Assembly: GCA_965217895.1 (NCBI GenBank)
Contig: CBDCJV010000002.1
Coordinates: forward strand, 3,264,001-3,328,000
Direction of reading: 5' to 3'
DNA length: 64,000 nucleotides
Origin: Waterburya sp.
GTDB lineage: Bacteria > Cyanobacteriota > Cyanobacteriia > Cyanobacteriales > Xenococcaceae
Position 1 is the stretch's first letter, and the number at the start of each line of letters is the position of its first letter. Both the position numbers and the translations under genes were made by a program. The notes under the pieces are model-generated. The model did no database searches. It worked only from the letters and a program-made list of their open reading frames with translations, and was not told the origin of the DNA. Of this stretch, positions 17,822 to 28,368 are shown one piece after another.

Positions 17822-19549
17822 TTAATAATGATTCCCAACCTTGCGATGGTGAACGGCGGTTAAGACATCTAGCTTGGCGACTCTGCCAGCTTGTACATTG
17901 CTATAAACAATCCAGTGATCGCTGCATTCCAAGCGGTTACTTACTTCGCATTCAATATAAGCTAGAGATTCGGCAATAATCGGCGAACCATTGCTAGCAG
18001 GTACGGTTTTGATTTCTGCAAATCTATCTGCACCAGGGGGAAAACGTTTGAGAAAATGTCTAATTAGATGCTGATAATTTCCTTCTTCTAAAATATTTAA
18101 GACAAAGCGATCGCCAATCTGTAAGAAAGACTCAATTGCCCGATCTTTAGCAACCGCGATCGCAATTCCTAAAGGAGCTAAACTAGCTTGAGTTACCCAA
18201 CTGGCAACCATCGCGCTTCTGATCTCGCCTTTGGTAGCAGTGATGATATATAAGCCGTTGCTGATTCTGCCCAAAGCTTTTTCTAGAGTGTTGTCAATGG
18301 CTTTGATTTGTTTAGCGGTGCGATCGCGAGTTAGCCACTGTCCTAAATCTATACCCGCCTCATCGCAGACTTGATTAATAGCTTGATTGGGAGATTCTTT
18401 AACTAAAATTGGCGCAAAGGCTTCAGTTAGTCCAATCTCTTGAAATTTGTTACGCAAAGGATAAACAGGTTCATCTTCGCCACCGCCAGATTCAAATAAG
18501 CCAATTGATTGTTTGCCATGGGCTGCTGCTAAGATAGTACTCAAAATAGCATGAGCTTCTTTATCTGATTGGGCTGGCATACCGATGACTAAACCTGCGG
18601 CCCCAGAGACTAATTCTCTTACTTCTTGGGGTTCGGTATCGTTCCAGTTGACTAACTCTACCGCCACTCCTGTTTTGGTAATTCCACCAGCGATCGCTCT
18701 TGCCAGATCGTCACTGTAGCCATAATCTTCAGAGTAAACTAGCACGACTAAAGTTTCAGTTTTGGTTTGTGCTTGACTCCATTGCTGATAGCGATCGACT
18801 AATTCGATCTGATGGTATTTTAGTAAAGGTCCATGTCCTGTAGCGATTGTTTCTAGTTTCAGTTTTCCCATGCGTTTGATGGCTGCTAATACCGAACGAG
18901 CATTAGGTTTCATCAGACAGTCGTAGTAATATTCAAAGTCTGCCTCGATTAAGTCTAAATCTTCATCAAAAGTTGGTTCATCGCAATAGTGCATCCCAAA
19001 GGCATCGCAGGTATAGAGAATTTGTGTTTTATAATCGTAGGTAAAAATGGTATCGGGCCAATGTAAATTAGGCGCGGAGACAAATTCTAATTCATGTCCG
19101 TTGCCTAAATCCAGGCGATCGCCATTTTTGACAATTAGATGTTCAAAAGGTTGATGCACCATGTCGCTTAAGAACTTAATTGCCACTTTCGCACCGACTA
19201 CTGTAACCTGGGGTGCTAATTTCAAGATATCTTTAACTAAACCACTGTGATCGGGTTCAGTATGGCTGATAATTAAATAATCAAGTTGCGAAGGATCGAT
19301 AAAGCCTGTCAACAGATCTAAATAAAGCTGACGAAACTTGGCGTGAGACGTATCAACTAAAGCCAGTTTCTCCCCTTGAATCACAAAAGAATTATAGGTT
19401 GTACCGTTTCGTAAGCCAAATTCAATATCAAAGCGATCGCGATCCCAATCAAGACAACGTATGGCAACGGTTTCTGGGGCAATTTCGACGGTTTGTAAAG
19501 TTAGTCTAGCAGTATTGGTTGTTTGCTTATTGTTTGTTAATGCAACCAT
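17822..19549 (-). CDS. flv4: Flavodiiron protein Flv4
   Basis: Canonical SHTEPDH, PNLHWPD and CDAFG ligands; first gene of a flv4-sll0218-flv2-type operon. Confidence 0.82.
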   Translation of the reverse strand: MVALTNNKQTTNTARLTLQTVEIAPETVAIRCLDWDRDRFDIEFGLRNGTTYNSFVIQGEKLALVDTSHAKFRQLYLDLLTGFIDPSQLDYLIISHTEPDHSGLVKDILKLAPQVTVVGAKVAIKFLSDMVHQPFEHLIVKNGDRLDLGNGHELEFVSAPNLHWPDTIFTYDYKTQILYTCDAFGMHYCDEPTFDEDLDLIEADFEYYYDCLMKPNARSVLAAIKRMGKLKLETIATGHGPLLKYHQIELVDRYQQWSQAQTKTETLVVLVYSEDYGYSDDLARAIAGGITKTGVAVELVNWNDTEPQEVRELVSGAAGLVIGMPAQSDKEAHAILSTILAAAHGKQSIGLFESGGGEDEPVYPLRNKFQEIGLTEAFAPILVKESPNQAINQVCDEAGIDLGQWLTRDRTAKQIKAIDNTLEKALGRISNGLYIITATKGEIRSAMVASWVTQASLAPLGIAIAVAKDRAIESFLQIGDRFVLNILEEGNYQHLIRHFLKRFPPGADRFAEIKTVPASNGSPIIAESLAYIECEVSNRLECSDHWIVYSNVQAGRVAKLDVLTAVHHRKVGNHY

Positions 19550-19845
19550 AAGTCAGTTACTCCTGAATTTCAGTACTTCAAATTTTCTGGGGTAAATTTC
19601 AGTTCAATACCACTGTGGTATATCGAAGGTGACAGAATTTTTTACTCACTATCTATTAGCTGTTATCTAATTAATGTAATACAGTTTACTAAAACAAAAA
19701 ATGCTTTTTTCTTTCTTTCTTTATATTTACGTGCAATTTACTTATTTGTAAAATACTTATTTTTAAATGCACTGATTAGCAAGACTTATAGTAATAAATC
19801 AAAGTATTTTAAAGAGTAGGTAGATATAAAAAATATCGTTTTGTT

Positions 19846-19884
19846 ATAGACAAATATTAATGGTATTTATAATAATTAAACTAT
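19846..19884. promoter_or_regulatory. Candidate LysR (NdhR/CmpR-type) box pair
   Basis: ATAG-N8-TAAT (19846-19861) and ATAA-N8-CTAT (19869-19884), each close to ATAG-N8-CTAT; a similar ATAG-N8-CAAT lies at 20252-20267. The AT-rich background lowers confidence. Confidence 0.35.
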
Positions 19885-20402
19885 AATTAGATTTCTTTGA
19901 AAAGCCAGAGATAATAAAAACACTATACAAATTGAGTCAAATAATATAAAAATCCTTTTTTTCTCATTAATTTTGTCTATTTTTCTCTGGACATTAATAG
20001 TTTAGTTAGCAAATTTAAATTTTTATTAAGTCAAATCAATCTTAATAATTGAGAATTCTGAAATATTTCATAAATTAAACTAGAGAATAAAAAAATTAAA
20101 AGTTTAGGCTAGTTGCACTATTCATTTTTCTCAATTTAAACCATTCATTCAAGTATCTAAATCTTGCTAATAAGAAAATATTGAGAGTCAAATTAACAAT
20201 TTTTATAATACCAATTACTCATTTTTGAAGTTTTTAGTGTATTATTCTCCAATAGACATAAATCAATGATCTTTATTTTTCGATTTAGTCAAATCTATGA
20301 AGGTTGCCAGGAGTTATTCATAACTTTGGTTCTTCTTATACCAATTCAACTTTACTTAAATGACAGCCAAAGAGTATATAAATTTAGCTGTCAGGAGATT
20401 TT

Positions 20403-21752
20403 ATGAATCAGTTTTCTAGAAGAAAATTCTTATATACGGCTGGGGTATCTGCTGCCAGTGCGGTATTACTCAATGCTTGTCTGGGCAATCCTGACGAACC
20501 TGGAGGTGAAACAGCTACAGAACAAGCTAAACCAGTCGATCTTAGTCCTGAAATGACCCCTGAAACTACTAAAGTTGTTTTAGGTTATATTCCGATCCTC
20601 GAATCTACGGCTTTAATTATTGCTCAGGAAAAAGGCTTTTTTGCCAAACATGGCATGACCGAGGTAGAAGTATCAAAACAGGCAAGCTGGGCATCAGCCA
20701 GGGATAACGTCATCATTGGTTCTGAAGGTGGTGGTATTGATGGGGGTCAATGGCAAATGCCCATGCCTCATTTAATTAGTGAGGGGATTATTACCAATGG
20801 TAATAAACTGCCGATGTATTTATTGGCGCAGCTAAGTACTCAAGGAAATGGGATTGCGACCTCTGGTAAAAACCAAGGTAAGGGACTGGGTTTAGATATA
20901 TCTAGTGCAGCGGACTATGTTAAGGGTTATACCAAAAGCGAAGGCAGAAAATTTAAAGCGGCACATACTTTCCCTCAAGTTAACCAAGACTTTTGGATTC
21001 GTTATTGGTTTGCTGCTGGTGGTGTTGACCCAGACAAAGATATCGATCTTTTGGCAGTACCGTCGGCGGAAACAGTACAGGGGATGCGGAACGGCACGAT
21101 GGATGCCTTTAGTACGGGCGACCCTTGGCCCTATCGCATCGTCACTGACGATATTGGTTTTATGTCAGCTTTAACCGCCCAGATCTGGCAATTTCACCCC
21201 GAAGAATACTTAGCAATTCGGGCAGATTGGGTCGATAAAAATCCCAAAGCAACTAAGGCTATCTTAAAAGGCGTGATGGAGGCACAACAATGGATCGATG
21301 ATCCTGCCAATATTGAGGCGGTAGTGGCGATTGTGTCGGGTAGAAACTACTTAAATGTTCCTCCCGATATTATCCGACCTCCCTATCAAGGCAATTACAA
21401 AATGGGCGATGGTCAGCCTGAAATCAAAGATAAAATGATGGGTCCGTTGTTTTGGAAAGATGGAATTGGCAGCGTTTCCTATCCTTACAAGAGTCACGAT
21501 CTTTGGTTCTTAACCGAAGGCATTCGTTGGGGTTTCCACAAAGGCAAAATCGACGATATTGATACAGCTAAACAGATTATCGATCGCGTCAATCGCGAAG
21601 ATATCTGGAAAGAAGCTGCTACAGAAGCAGGATTTACTGCGGATATTCCTCAAAGCACCTCTAGAGGGATCGAAACATTCTTTGATGGTAAAAAGTTTGA
21701 CCCCGAAAATCCCGAAGCTTATCTAAATAGCCTAGACATCAAAAAAGTGTAG
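20403..21752 (+). CDS. cmpA: Bicarbonate-binding lipoprotein CmpA (BCT1)
   Basis: ACLGNP lipobox region, [24 protein letters not shown] and HPEEYL match CmpA rather than NrtA. Confidence 0.92.
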   Translation: MNQFSRRKFLYTAGVSAASAVLLNACLGNPDEPGGETATEQAKPVDLSPEMTPETTKVVLGYIPILESTALIIAQEKGFFAKHGMTEVEVSKQASWASARDNVIIGSEGGGIDGGQWQMPMPHLISEGIITNGNKLPMYLLAQLSTQGNGIATSGKNQGKGLGLDISSAADYVKGYTKSEGRKFKAAHTFPQVNQDFWIRYWFAAGGVDPDKDIDLLAVPSAETVQGMRNGTMDAFSTGDPWPYRIVTDDIGFMSALTAQIWQFHPEEYLAIRADWVDKNPKATKAILKGVMEAQQWIDDPANIEAVVAIVSGRNYLNVPPDIIRPPYQGNYKMGDGQPEIKDKMMGPLFWKDGIGSVSYPYKSHDLWFLTEGIRWGFHKGKIDDIDTAKQIIDRVNREDIWKEAATEAGFTADIPQSTSRGIETFFDGKKFDPENPEAYLNSLDIKKV

Positions 21753-21754
21753 TA

Positions 21755-21782
21755 GTAGGGGCGAACCGCCGTTCGCCCCCAC
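21755..21782. repeat. REP-like palindrome
   Basis: GTAGGGGCGAACCGCCGTTCGCCCCCAC directly after the cmpA stop. Confidence 0.75.
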
Positions 21783-21816
21783 AGTAATTAGTCATTAATC
21801 AAAGGAGTAAAAAATT

Positions 21817-22668
21817 ATGACGGCAAGTACAACCAATGTGCGTAAAAAAAGCACGAAAAACAGTAATGCGCTCGCTACATGGTGGCAGAAAAACAAAGGT
21901 AATATTTTGCCCCCCGTAATCGGCATTCTAGGTTTTCTAATTCTCTGGGAAATCGTTTCTACCCTACCTGGAATGAGATTACCAGGTCCTAGCAGCTTGT
22001 GGACAGATGAAAGAACCAGAACCCTATTAATGTATCCGTTTTATGATCGCGGTGGCTTAGATAAAGGTTTATTTTGGCAGACTCTAGCTAGTCTAGCTAG
22101 AGTGGCACAAGGCTATTTCTTAGCAGCCATTGTCGGTATTGGCGTTGGCATCTTAGTTGGCACAACACCAATTGTTAATAAAGCCCTAGACCCCTTGTTT
22201 CAGTTCTTGCGAATGGTTGCACCCTTAGCCTGGGTTCCCATTGCCTTAGTGGCATTGCAAAAAAACCAACCTGCGGCGATATTCGTAATTTTTATTACTG
22301 CTGTTTGGCCAATTCTAATCAATACGGCTGAAGGAGTACGCCAGATTCCTGATGACTACAATAACGTAGCTAAAGTATTGCAACTATCGCGTAAAGAATA
22401 TTACCTAAATATTCTCTTCCCGTCGGCATTACCATATATCTTTACAGGTTTAAGAATTGCGATCGGTTTAGCGTGGCTGGCAATTATCGCAGCAGAAATT
22501 GTTATGTCGGGTATTGTCGGCATTGGCTTTTTTATCTGGGATGCCTATCAACAAAACTATGTCAGCGAAATCATCTTAGCCGTAATCTATATTGGTGCGG
22601 TCGGTTTAATACTTGATCGCGCTATTGCATACTTGCAGAAATTGATTTTACCTCCAGAACAACAGTAA
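21817..22668 (+). CDS. cmpB: Bicarbonate ABC permease CmpB
   Basis: PLAWVPI, WPILINTA and GLRIAIGLAWLAIIAAE; operon position. Confidence 0.9.
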   Translation: MTASTTNVRKKSTKNSNALATWWQKNKGNILPPVIGILGFLILWEIVSTLPGMRLPGPSSLWTDERTRTLLMYPFYDRGGLDKGLFWQTLASLARVAQGYFLAAIVGIGVGILVGTTPIVNKALDPLFQFLRMVAPLAWVPIALVALQKNQPAAIFVIFITAVWPILINTAEGVRQIPDDYNNVAKVLQLSRKEYYLNILFPSALPYIFTGLRIAIGLAWLAIIAAEIVMSGIVGIGFFIWDAYQQNYVSEIILAVIYIGAVGLILDRAIAYLQKLILPPEQQ

Positions 22669-22787
22669 TTATGAAGTCAGAAGTTAGAAGTCAGAAGTTG
22701 TATACATGGTCTATTAACAACTTGCTACTTGCTACTTACGAACAATTAACTAATCCTGTCCTAACTAACTAATATACTGTGATAATC

Positions 22788-24788
22788 ATGTCTGTATTTG
22801 TTGCTGTCGAACAAGTTGAAAAAACCTTCTCGTTAAATGATGGGGGTGAATATCTCGCCCTCAAAGGAATCGATTTAGAGATCAAAAAAGGCGAATTTGT
22901 CTCCTTAATCGGTCACTCTGGCTGTGGAAAATCCACTTTGCTAAATGCGATCGCCGGTTTGTCTTTACCGACTAAAGGTTTAATTACCTTAGAAGGTCAA
23001 AGAATTAAGCAGCCAGGGCCTGAAAGAATGGTCGTGTTTCAAAACTATTCTCTTCTTCCCTGGCGCACAGTCAGAGAAAATATTGCTCTAGCGGTCAATT
23101 CAGCAATGGGCGATCTGCCTAAAGGAGAACGTAAAAGTATTATTGAAGAACATATCGATCTAGTTGGGTTACGTCCCCATGCGGAGAAACAGCCTGCAAC
23201 CTTATCTGGGGGACAAAAGCAGCGGGTGGCGATCGCTCGTGCTTTAGCCATACGTCCTAAGTTACTGTTATTAGATGAGCCTTTTGGGGCGTTAGATGCC
23301 CTAACGCGGGGGAATTTACAAACTCAACTAATGCGGATTTGTGATGAAAACCAAGTGACGGCTGTAATGGTAACTCACGATGTCGATGAAGCTGTATTGT
23401 TGAGCGATCGCATTGTCATGTTAACTAATGGCCCTGGGGCAGAGATCGGTCAAATTCTCGATGTGGATATTCCCCGTCCCCGCAAGCGCATGGAAGTTGT
23501 GGAACATCCTAGCTACTATAGTCTGCGTAGCGAAATTATTTACTTTCTCAATCAGCAGAAACGACTGAAAAAAATTAAGGCGAAAAAAGTTAGCGCGATC
23601 GCTCGTCATGGTTTAGAGAAAGTTAACTTAGACATTGGCTTTGTTCCCCTTACAGCCTGTGCGCCCTTGGCAGTAGCCAAGGAAAAAGGTTTCTTTACCA
23701 AACATGGTTTAGATGAAGTAAATCTAGTCAGGGAAACCAGTTGGCGGGGCATCGTCGATGGCATGGCTGGAGGCTATGTCGATGCAGCCCAAATGCCTTC
23801 GGGAATGCCTTTGTGGTTAACTTTAGGGGGTCATCGAGATCGACCTGTTTCGGTAGTCAGTGGTTTAACCATGACTCGCAACGGTAACGCGATCACTCTC
23901 GATCGCCGCTTTTATGACCAAGGAGTCAGAACTTTAGCCGACCTCAAAAAGTATATTCTCAGCACGAGAGATAAACGCCACATCTTTGGAGTAGTTCATC
24001 CTTCATCTATGCACAATCTAATTCTGCGCTATTGGTTAGCAGCAGGAGATATCGACCCCGATCTCGATGTGGATCTGCAAAACATTCCTCCCGCTCAGAT
24101 GATGGTAGATCTGCAAAACGCCACGATCGACGGTTACTGCGTGGGCGAACCCTGGAACTATCGCGCGGCAGCAGAAGGAGTTGGCTTTACCGTTGCCACA
24201 GATCTTGAAATTTGGAACGGACATCCTGGCAAAGTTTTGGGAGTTAGAGAAGATTGGGCAAACGCCTATCCTAATACCCACGTTGCCTTAGTTAAAGCCT
24301 TGCTAGAAGCTTGTCATTACTGTGCCGATGAAAATAATGCCTTAGAAATCGAGCAGATATTATCCCAACGCCAGTATGTAGGAACTTCTACCGAATACCT
24401 CCATCTTGGTAATCCCAACGCCGATACCTGCAACCCCAATTTGCCGATGCGGGAATATGCCCATCATCTATTTTATGGTGCGGGAGTCAATCGCCCCAGT
24501 CGTACCGAACACCTATGGCACATGACTCAGTTAGCCAGATGGGGACATACGCCTTTTCCTCGTAATTGGCTAGAACTACTAGAAAGAGTCTGTCGCGTCA
24601 CCGTTTTTAGCACCGCAGCTAGAGAAATTGGTTTGCTAGATACGAAATACAACCGCGGTAATATCAAACTTTTTGATGGCACGACCTTCGACGCTGACGA
24701 TCCTATTGATTATCTCAATAATCTCAAAATCAAACGAGACTTTAGCATTGCCGAAATTATCCTCGATCCTCATTCTCGTGCTGCTTGA
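22788..24788 (+). CDS. cmpC: Bicarbonate ABC ATPase CmpC with C-terminal solute-binding-like domain
   Basis: GHSGCGKS, LSGGQ and LLLLDEPF motifs plus a ~400-aa CmpA-like C-terminal domain; start MSVFV. Confidence 0.9.
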   Translation: MSVFVAVEQVEKTFSLNDGGEYLALKGIDLEIKKGEFVSLIGHSGCGKSTLLNAIAGLSLPTKGLITLEGQRIKQPGPERMVVFQNYSLLPWRTVRENIALAVNSAMGDLPKGERKSIIEEHIDLVGLRPHAEKQPATLSGGQKQRVAIARALAIRPKLLLLDEPFGALDALTRGNLQTQLMRICDENQVTAVMVTHDVDEAVLLSDRIVMLTNGPGAEIGQILDVDIPRPRKRMEVVEHPSYYSLRSEIIYFLNQQKRLKKIKAKKVSAIARHGLEKVNLDIGFVPLTACAPLAVAKEKGFFTKHGLDEVNLVRETSWRGIVDGMAGGYVDAAQMPSGMPLWLTLGGHRDRPVSVVSGLTMTRNGNAITLDRRFYDQGVRTLADLKKYILSTRDKRHIFGVVHPSSMHNLILRYWLAAGDIDPDLDVDLQNIPPAQMMVDLQNATIDGYCVGEPWNYRAAAEGVGFTVATDLEIWNGHPGKVLGVREDWANAYPNTHVALVKALLEACHYCADENNALEIEQILSQRQYVGTSTEYLHLGNPNADTCNPNLPMREYAHHLFYGAGVNRPSRTEHLWHMTQLARWGHTPFPRNWLELLERVCRVTVFSTAAREIGLLDTKYNRGNIKLFDGTTFDADDPIDYLNNLKIKRDFSIAEIILDPHSRAA

Positions 24789-24818
24789 CCCACCAAATAG
24801 TTGCTATCCGCTAATAAC

Positions 24819-24883
24819 TAGGTGGGCAAATCTAGCAACTAAAACCAAATGACTTCGCCAAAAGATAATTTTGCCCACCCTAC
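24819..24883. repeat. REP-doublet-like inverted repeat (GGTGGGCA...TGCCCACC)
   Basis: TAGGTGGGCAAA...TTTGCCCACCCTAC; related copies at 35112-35168, 41879-41903 and 51426-51487. Confidence 0.7.
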
Positions 24884-24907
24884 CCGAACAATCATCCAAT
24901 AAAACTT

Positions 24908-25747
24908 ATGAATAGATTAGATATAATCTCCAACCAACCCCTTAAAACTTCCCGTCAAGAATTGCCATTTTTATTAATCGAAAATGTGACCAAATCTTAT
25001 CCTACTCGCAACGGCGATTATACTGTACTCCAGGATGTAAACTTAGCGGTAGAACAGGGTGAATTTATCTGCGTCATCGGACACTCTGGCTGTGGCAAAT
25101 CTACTTTACTAAGTATGGTTTCTGGCTTTAATAGCCCGACATCAGGCAGAGTAATTCTAGAAAACCAGCCGATTACCAAACCAGGACCCGATCGCATGGT
25201 AGTATTTCAAAACTATGCTCTTTTACCTTGGCGCAGCGTATTTGATAATGTTTACCTAGCTGTAGATGCAGTTTACCCCAAAAAACCCCAGGTAGAAAAA
25301 AGAGCGATCGTCCGCGATCATCTAGCCCTAGTGGGACTAACTGAAGCAGCCGACAAAAAACCGACTCAAATTTCTGGCGGAATGAAACAAAGAGTTTCCA
25401 TCGCCCGTGCTTTGGCAATTCGTCCCCGTATGTTGATTTTAGATGAACCTTTTGGGGCGTTAGATGCCATTACCAAAGAAGAATTACAAGAAGAACTACT
25501 AAACATCTGGAACGATCATCGCTGCACAGTGTTAATGATTACCCACGATATCGATGAAGCGTTATTTCTGGCTGATCGCTTGGTAATGATGACCAATGGC
25601 CCTAGTGCTAAGATTGGTGAAGTATTGGATATTCCCTTTGAGCGTCCCCGCGATCGCACTCAGATTATGGAAGATCCTCTTTATTATAATCTCCGCAATC
25701 GGGCATTAGAATTTCTGTTTGAGCGTTTTGCCCATGACGAGGATTAA
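24908..25747 (+). CDS. cmpD: Bicarbonate ABC ATPase CmpD
   Basis: GHSGCGKS, ISGGMKQR and DEPFGALD; last gene of the operon. Confidence 0.9.
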   Translation: MNRLDIISNQPLKTSRQELPFLLIENVTKSYPTRNGDYTVLQDVNLAVEQGEFICVIGHSGCGKSTLLSMVSGFNSPTSGRVILENQPITKPGPDRMVVFQNYALLPWRSVFDNVYLAVDAVYPKKPQVEKRAIVRDHLALVGLTEAADKKPTQISGGMKQRVSIARALAIRPRMLILDEPFGALDAITKEELQEELLNIWNDHRCTVLMITHDIDEALFLADRLVMMTNGPSAKIGEVLDIPFERPRDRTQIMEDPLYYNLRNRALEFLFERFAHDED

Positions 25748-25795
25748 TGTATGTTTATAGAAGATGAATCTGAAAATTATGTCAGGAGTGCGATC

Positions 25796-25947
25796 TCATT
25801 TATTGTTGTAAAGTATTTCTGCTACTTCTCTCAACTTTTGGTCAATAGTTGACTGCTCTTCTGGTGTCATGCTTTGTTTAAAAGAGTTTTTTCCTGATCT
25901 TATTCTAGTCTAAGTATTTTTACTTACTGTAAAAGTGGGATGCTCCC
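25796..25947 (-). mobile_element. Remnant IS end with truncated transposase N-terminus (ISKra4-like)
   Basis: Terminal GGGAGCATCCCACTTTT (25947-25931), then ATG 25870 MTPEEQSTIDQKLREVAEILYNNK*, resembling the start of cyanobacterial ISKra4-type transposases. Confidence 0.65.
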
Positions 25948-26191
25948 CGACGCACCTTTATCCAATGTTAATTTTTTTATGATTTTTAAATTTGGTGACG
26001 TTAGTAAACTTTGTTTGTTGTTAGTTATCAAATAAAAACTATTAGCAAAGATAAAAACTTAATTTTGCTCATTCATCAATACTTCTTTGGTTGTAGGTAT
26101 CAACATCAAGGTATTATAACCAAAGAATGATGGTTGCTAATTTTTTATTGGCTTTAATGATATTTAAGAAGTTAATTTTTGAGTATTGATT

Positions 26192-26491
26192 ATGGCTTAT
26201 CAACAATTAGAAGATTTACCTAGTGAAGTAACAGAAAAACTGCCCAAACATGGACAGCAACTATTTATGGCTGCATTCAACGCTGTTTCTGATAATGGTA
26301 TGAATGAAGAAAACGCTACTAAAGTTGCTTGGGACTCAGTTAAAAACAGCTATCAACAAGACAAAGAAGGTAATTGGGTATCAGTAGAAAATTCTAATAC
26401 CGATCGCGGTAACATTATCGGTACAGATAAAGATACTAGCGACCCCATTGGCAATCGCGAAAATAATGCAGGTACTATGCGCGGTGGTTAA
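26192..26491 (+). CDS. ChaB family protein
   Basis: YQQLEDLP.EV.EKLPKHGQQLFMAAFN...AWDSVK..Y......WV. Confidence 0.88.
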   Translation: MAYQQLEDLPSEVTEKLPKHGQQLFMAAFNAVSDNGMNEENATKVAWDSVKNSYQQDKEGNWVSVENSNTDRGNIIGTDKDTSDPIGNRENNAGTMRGG

Positions 26492-26725
26492 GTTATCTAA
26501 TCATCAACTGTTAGCCTGAAGAATAAAAAAAGTTAACTTGCTAAATTGCAAAATGAACAGAGTATAGATTTTTGTTAAGCAATCAAAGCGATCGCACGAT
26601 CGCTTTTTTGATTTATGCTAATTATTATGCTCAAATGAAAGTTAGTATTGCCGATAAACAATTACAAATTGTCAAAGCCAATCTAAAAAACGAACACCTA
26701 AAACAATGATCTGGCTAACTATTTT

Positions 26726-27241
26726 ATGGTTAATTTTAGTTCATCTACCGTTTCTGCTGCTGCCCAAGATAGTTTTTCCATTACCATCGCCCCTTTATCT
26801 TTAGATGAAACCTACAGCTTGGCAGATGATGCGGCTAATGGTGCAATAGTAGTTATGAGTGGAACAGTGCGTAATCAAACCGAAGGGATGCCTGTAGAAT
26901 ATCTAGAATATCAGGCTTATCAGCCAATGGCGATCGCCGTTTTCAACTCTATTGCTGCCGAGATACGCCAGAAATGGCAAGATGTTAACCGAATTGTCAT
27001 CCATCACCGCGTAGGAAAGCTAAAAATAGGCGAAATCAGCGTGATCGTTGCTGTAGGCTGTCCCCATCGCGCAGAAGCTTTTGATGCTTGTCGTTATGCG
27101 ATCGATACTTTGAAACACAATGCCCCTATTTGGAAGAAAGAGTATAATATTGTGCTAAACGAAAAAACAGGTAAGAAGATAGTTTCAGGTTCTTGGGTTT
27201 CTATTGGCGCGTGTGAACAAGATGACAACAACAATTGTTGA
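26726..27241 (+). CDS. moaE: Molybdopterin synthase catalytic subunit
   Basis: GTVRN, LEYQAY, HHRVGKL, PHRAEAF and APIWKKE motifs. Confidence 0.93.
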   Translation: MVNFSSSTVSAAAQDSFSITIAPLSLDETYSLADDAANGAIVVMSGTVRNQTEGMPVEYLEYQAYQPMAIAVFNSIAAEIRQKWQDVNRIVIHHRVGKLKIGEISVIVAVGCPHRAEAFDACRYAIDTLKHNAPIWKKEYNIVLNEKTGKKIVSGSWVSIGACEQDDNNNC

Positions 27242-27328
27242 TATTGAACAAATTAAGAATACACAAAAAAAACCTGCCATATAAGAATCTAACCCAGCCA
27301 ACGCTGAATTGGTGGAGAAACAGTATAG

Positions 27329-28330
27329 TTAGCCATTATTTATCTTAGTGCCGACAGCCAAACGCATTCCATTGACAAAATCCCAACCAGATTGAGAGCG
27401 TTTCCCTGCAAGCTGTACCTGTTCTAAAAGTAATAAGCCTAAACCTGTCTGCACAATTGCACCAAAGTTTTTGATATTTTTGATTATTTCTCCTGGTTCA
27501 CCTGAAAGCGAGGCTAATTCTGAATATTGTTGTTTGATGCTAGTGTATTTTTCTGGTAAGTCTTGGATAGTAGCCTCAGTAAGCGGAACTGTCGCAATTA
27601 TTTTTAGTTTTTTATCCTGCAATGTAGCAGCACAATTAGGGAAAAAGCCTCGCGCTTGATTGTGTATTTCCACTGCACCTTTTGACCAATCAATTGCAAA
27701 ATCAGCTTTGTCAATTAGTCGTGCATAGCTAGCTAGGCTATTGTCTTGGATAGTGGGTGAAATCTGCTGTTGTTCTAGTTTAAACAGAGTATCTAATAAT
27801 AGATCTGCTCCTTGAGTAGCCAGAGTAGCAGCTAAATCATAGGCATTATCTAAGAGTTTGATTTTGGTTTCGGCTTTGAGTAGCATATCTCCCGTATCCA
27901 TACCTTTGTCCATTAACATAGTAGTGATGCCTGTAAGGCGATCGCCATTGACAATACTCCACTGAATCGGCGCAGCACCGCGATATTTGGGTAATAGAGA
28001 ACCATGAACGTTGATACAGCCCAACTTGGGCATTTCTAAAATTTCCGAGGATAGAATCTGTCCATAAGCTACGACTACAAAAGCATCTGCTTGAGTATTT
28101 CTGAGATTGTTTAAAGTTTCTTTGTCTTTTTTAATTCTCTGGGGTTGCCAAATAGCTAAATCATGTCCCAGAGCAAACTTCTTAACCGCCGAAGGAATAG
28201 TTTTGCTGCCCCTACCTCTTCTTTTATCAGGTTGCGTCACCACCGCTACAACTTCAATCTCATGGTGTTCTAAGAGTTTGGCTAAAGTAGTAACGGCAAA
28301 TTGAGGAGTACCAAAAAAGACGATTTTCAT
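27329..28330 (-). CDS. fmt: Methionyl-tRNA formyltransferase
   Basis: [16 protein letters not shown] and [18 protein letters not shown]. Confidence 0.97.
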   Translation of the reverse strand: MKIVFFGTPQFAVTTLAKLLEHHEIEVVAVVTQPDKRRGRGSKTIPSAVKKFALGHDLAIWQPQRIKKDKETLNNLRNTQADAFVVVAYGQILSSEILEMPKLGCINVHGSLLPKYRGAAPIQWSIVNGDRLTGITTMLMDKGMDTGDMLLKAETKIKLLDNAYDLAATLATQGADLLLDTLFKLEQQQISPTIQDNSLASYARLIDKADFAIDWSKGAVEIHNQARGFFPNCAATLQDKKLKIIATVPLTEATIQDLPEKYTSIKQQYSELASLSGEPGEIIKNIKNFGAIVQTGLGLLLLEQVQLAGKRSQSGWDFVNGMRLAVGTKINNG

Positions 28331-28368
28331 ACTAATTATTGTACGGGCGAACGACCGTTCGCTTCTAA

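Noticed and set aside
20403..25747. nrtABCD nitrate transporter
   Set aside because: Binding-protein motifs match CmpA, there is no nirA/narB, and the neighbour is the low-Ci flv4-2 operon.
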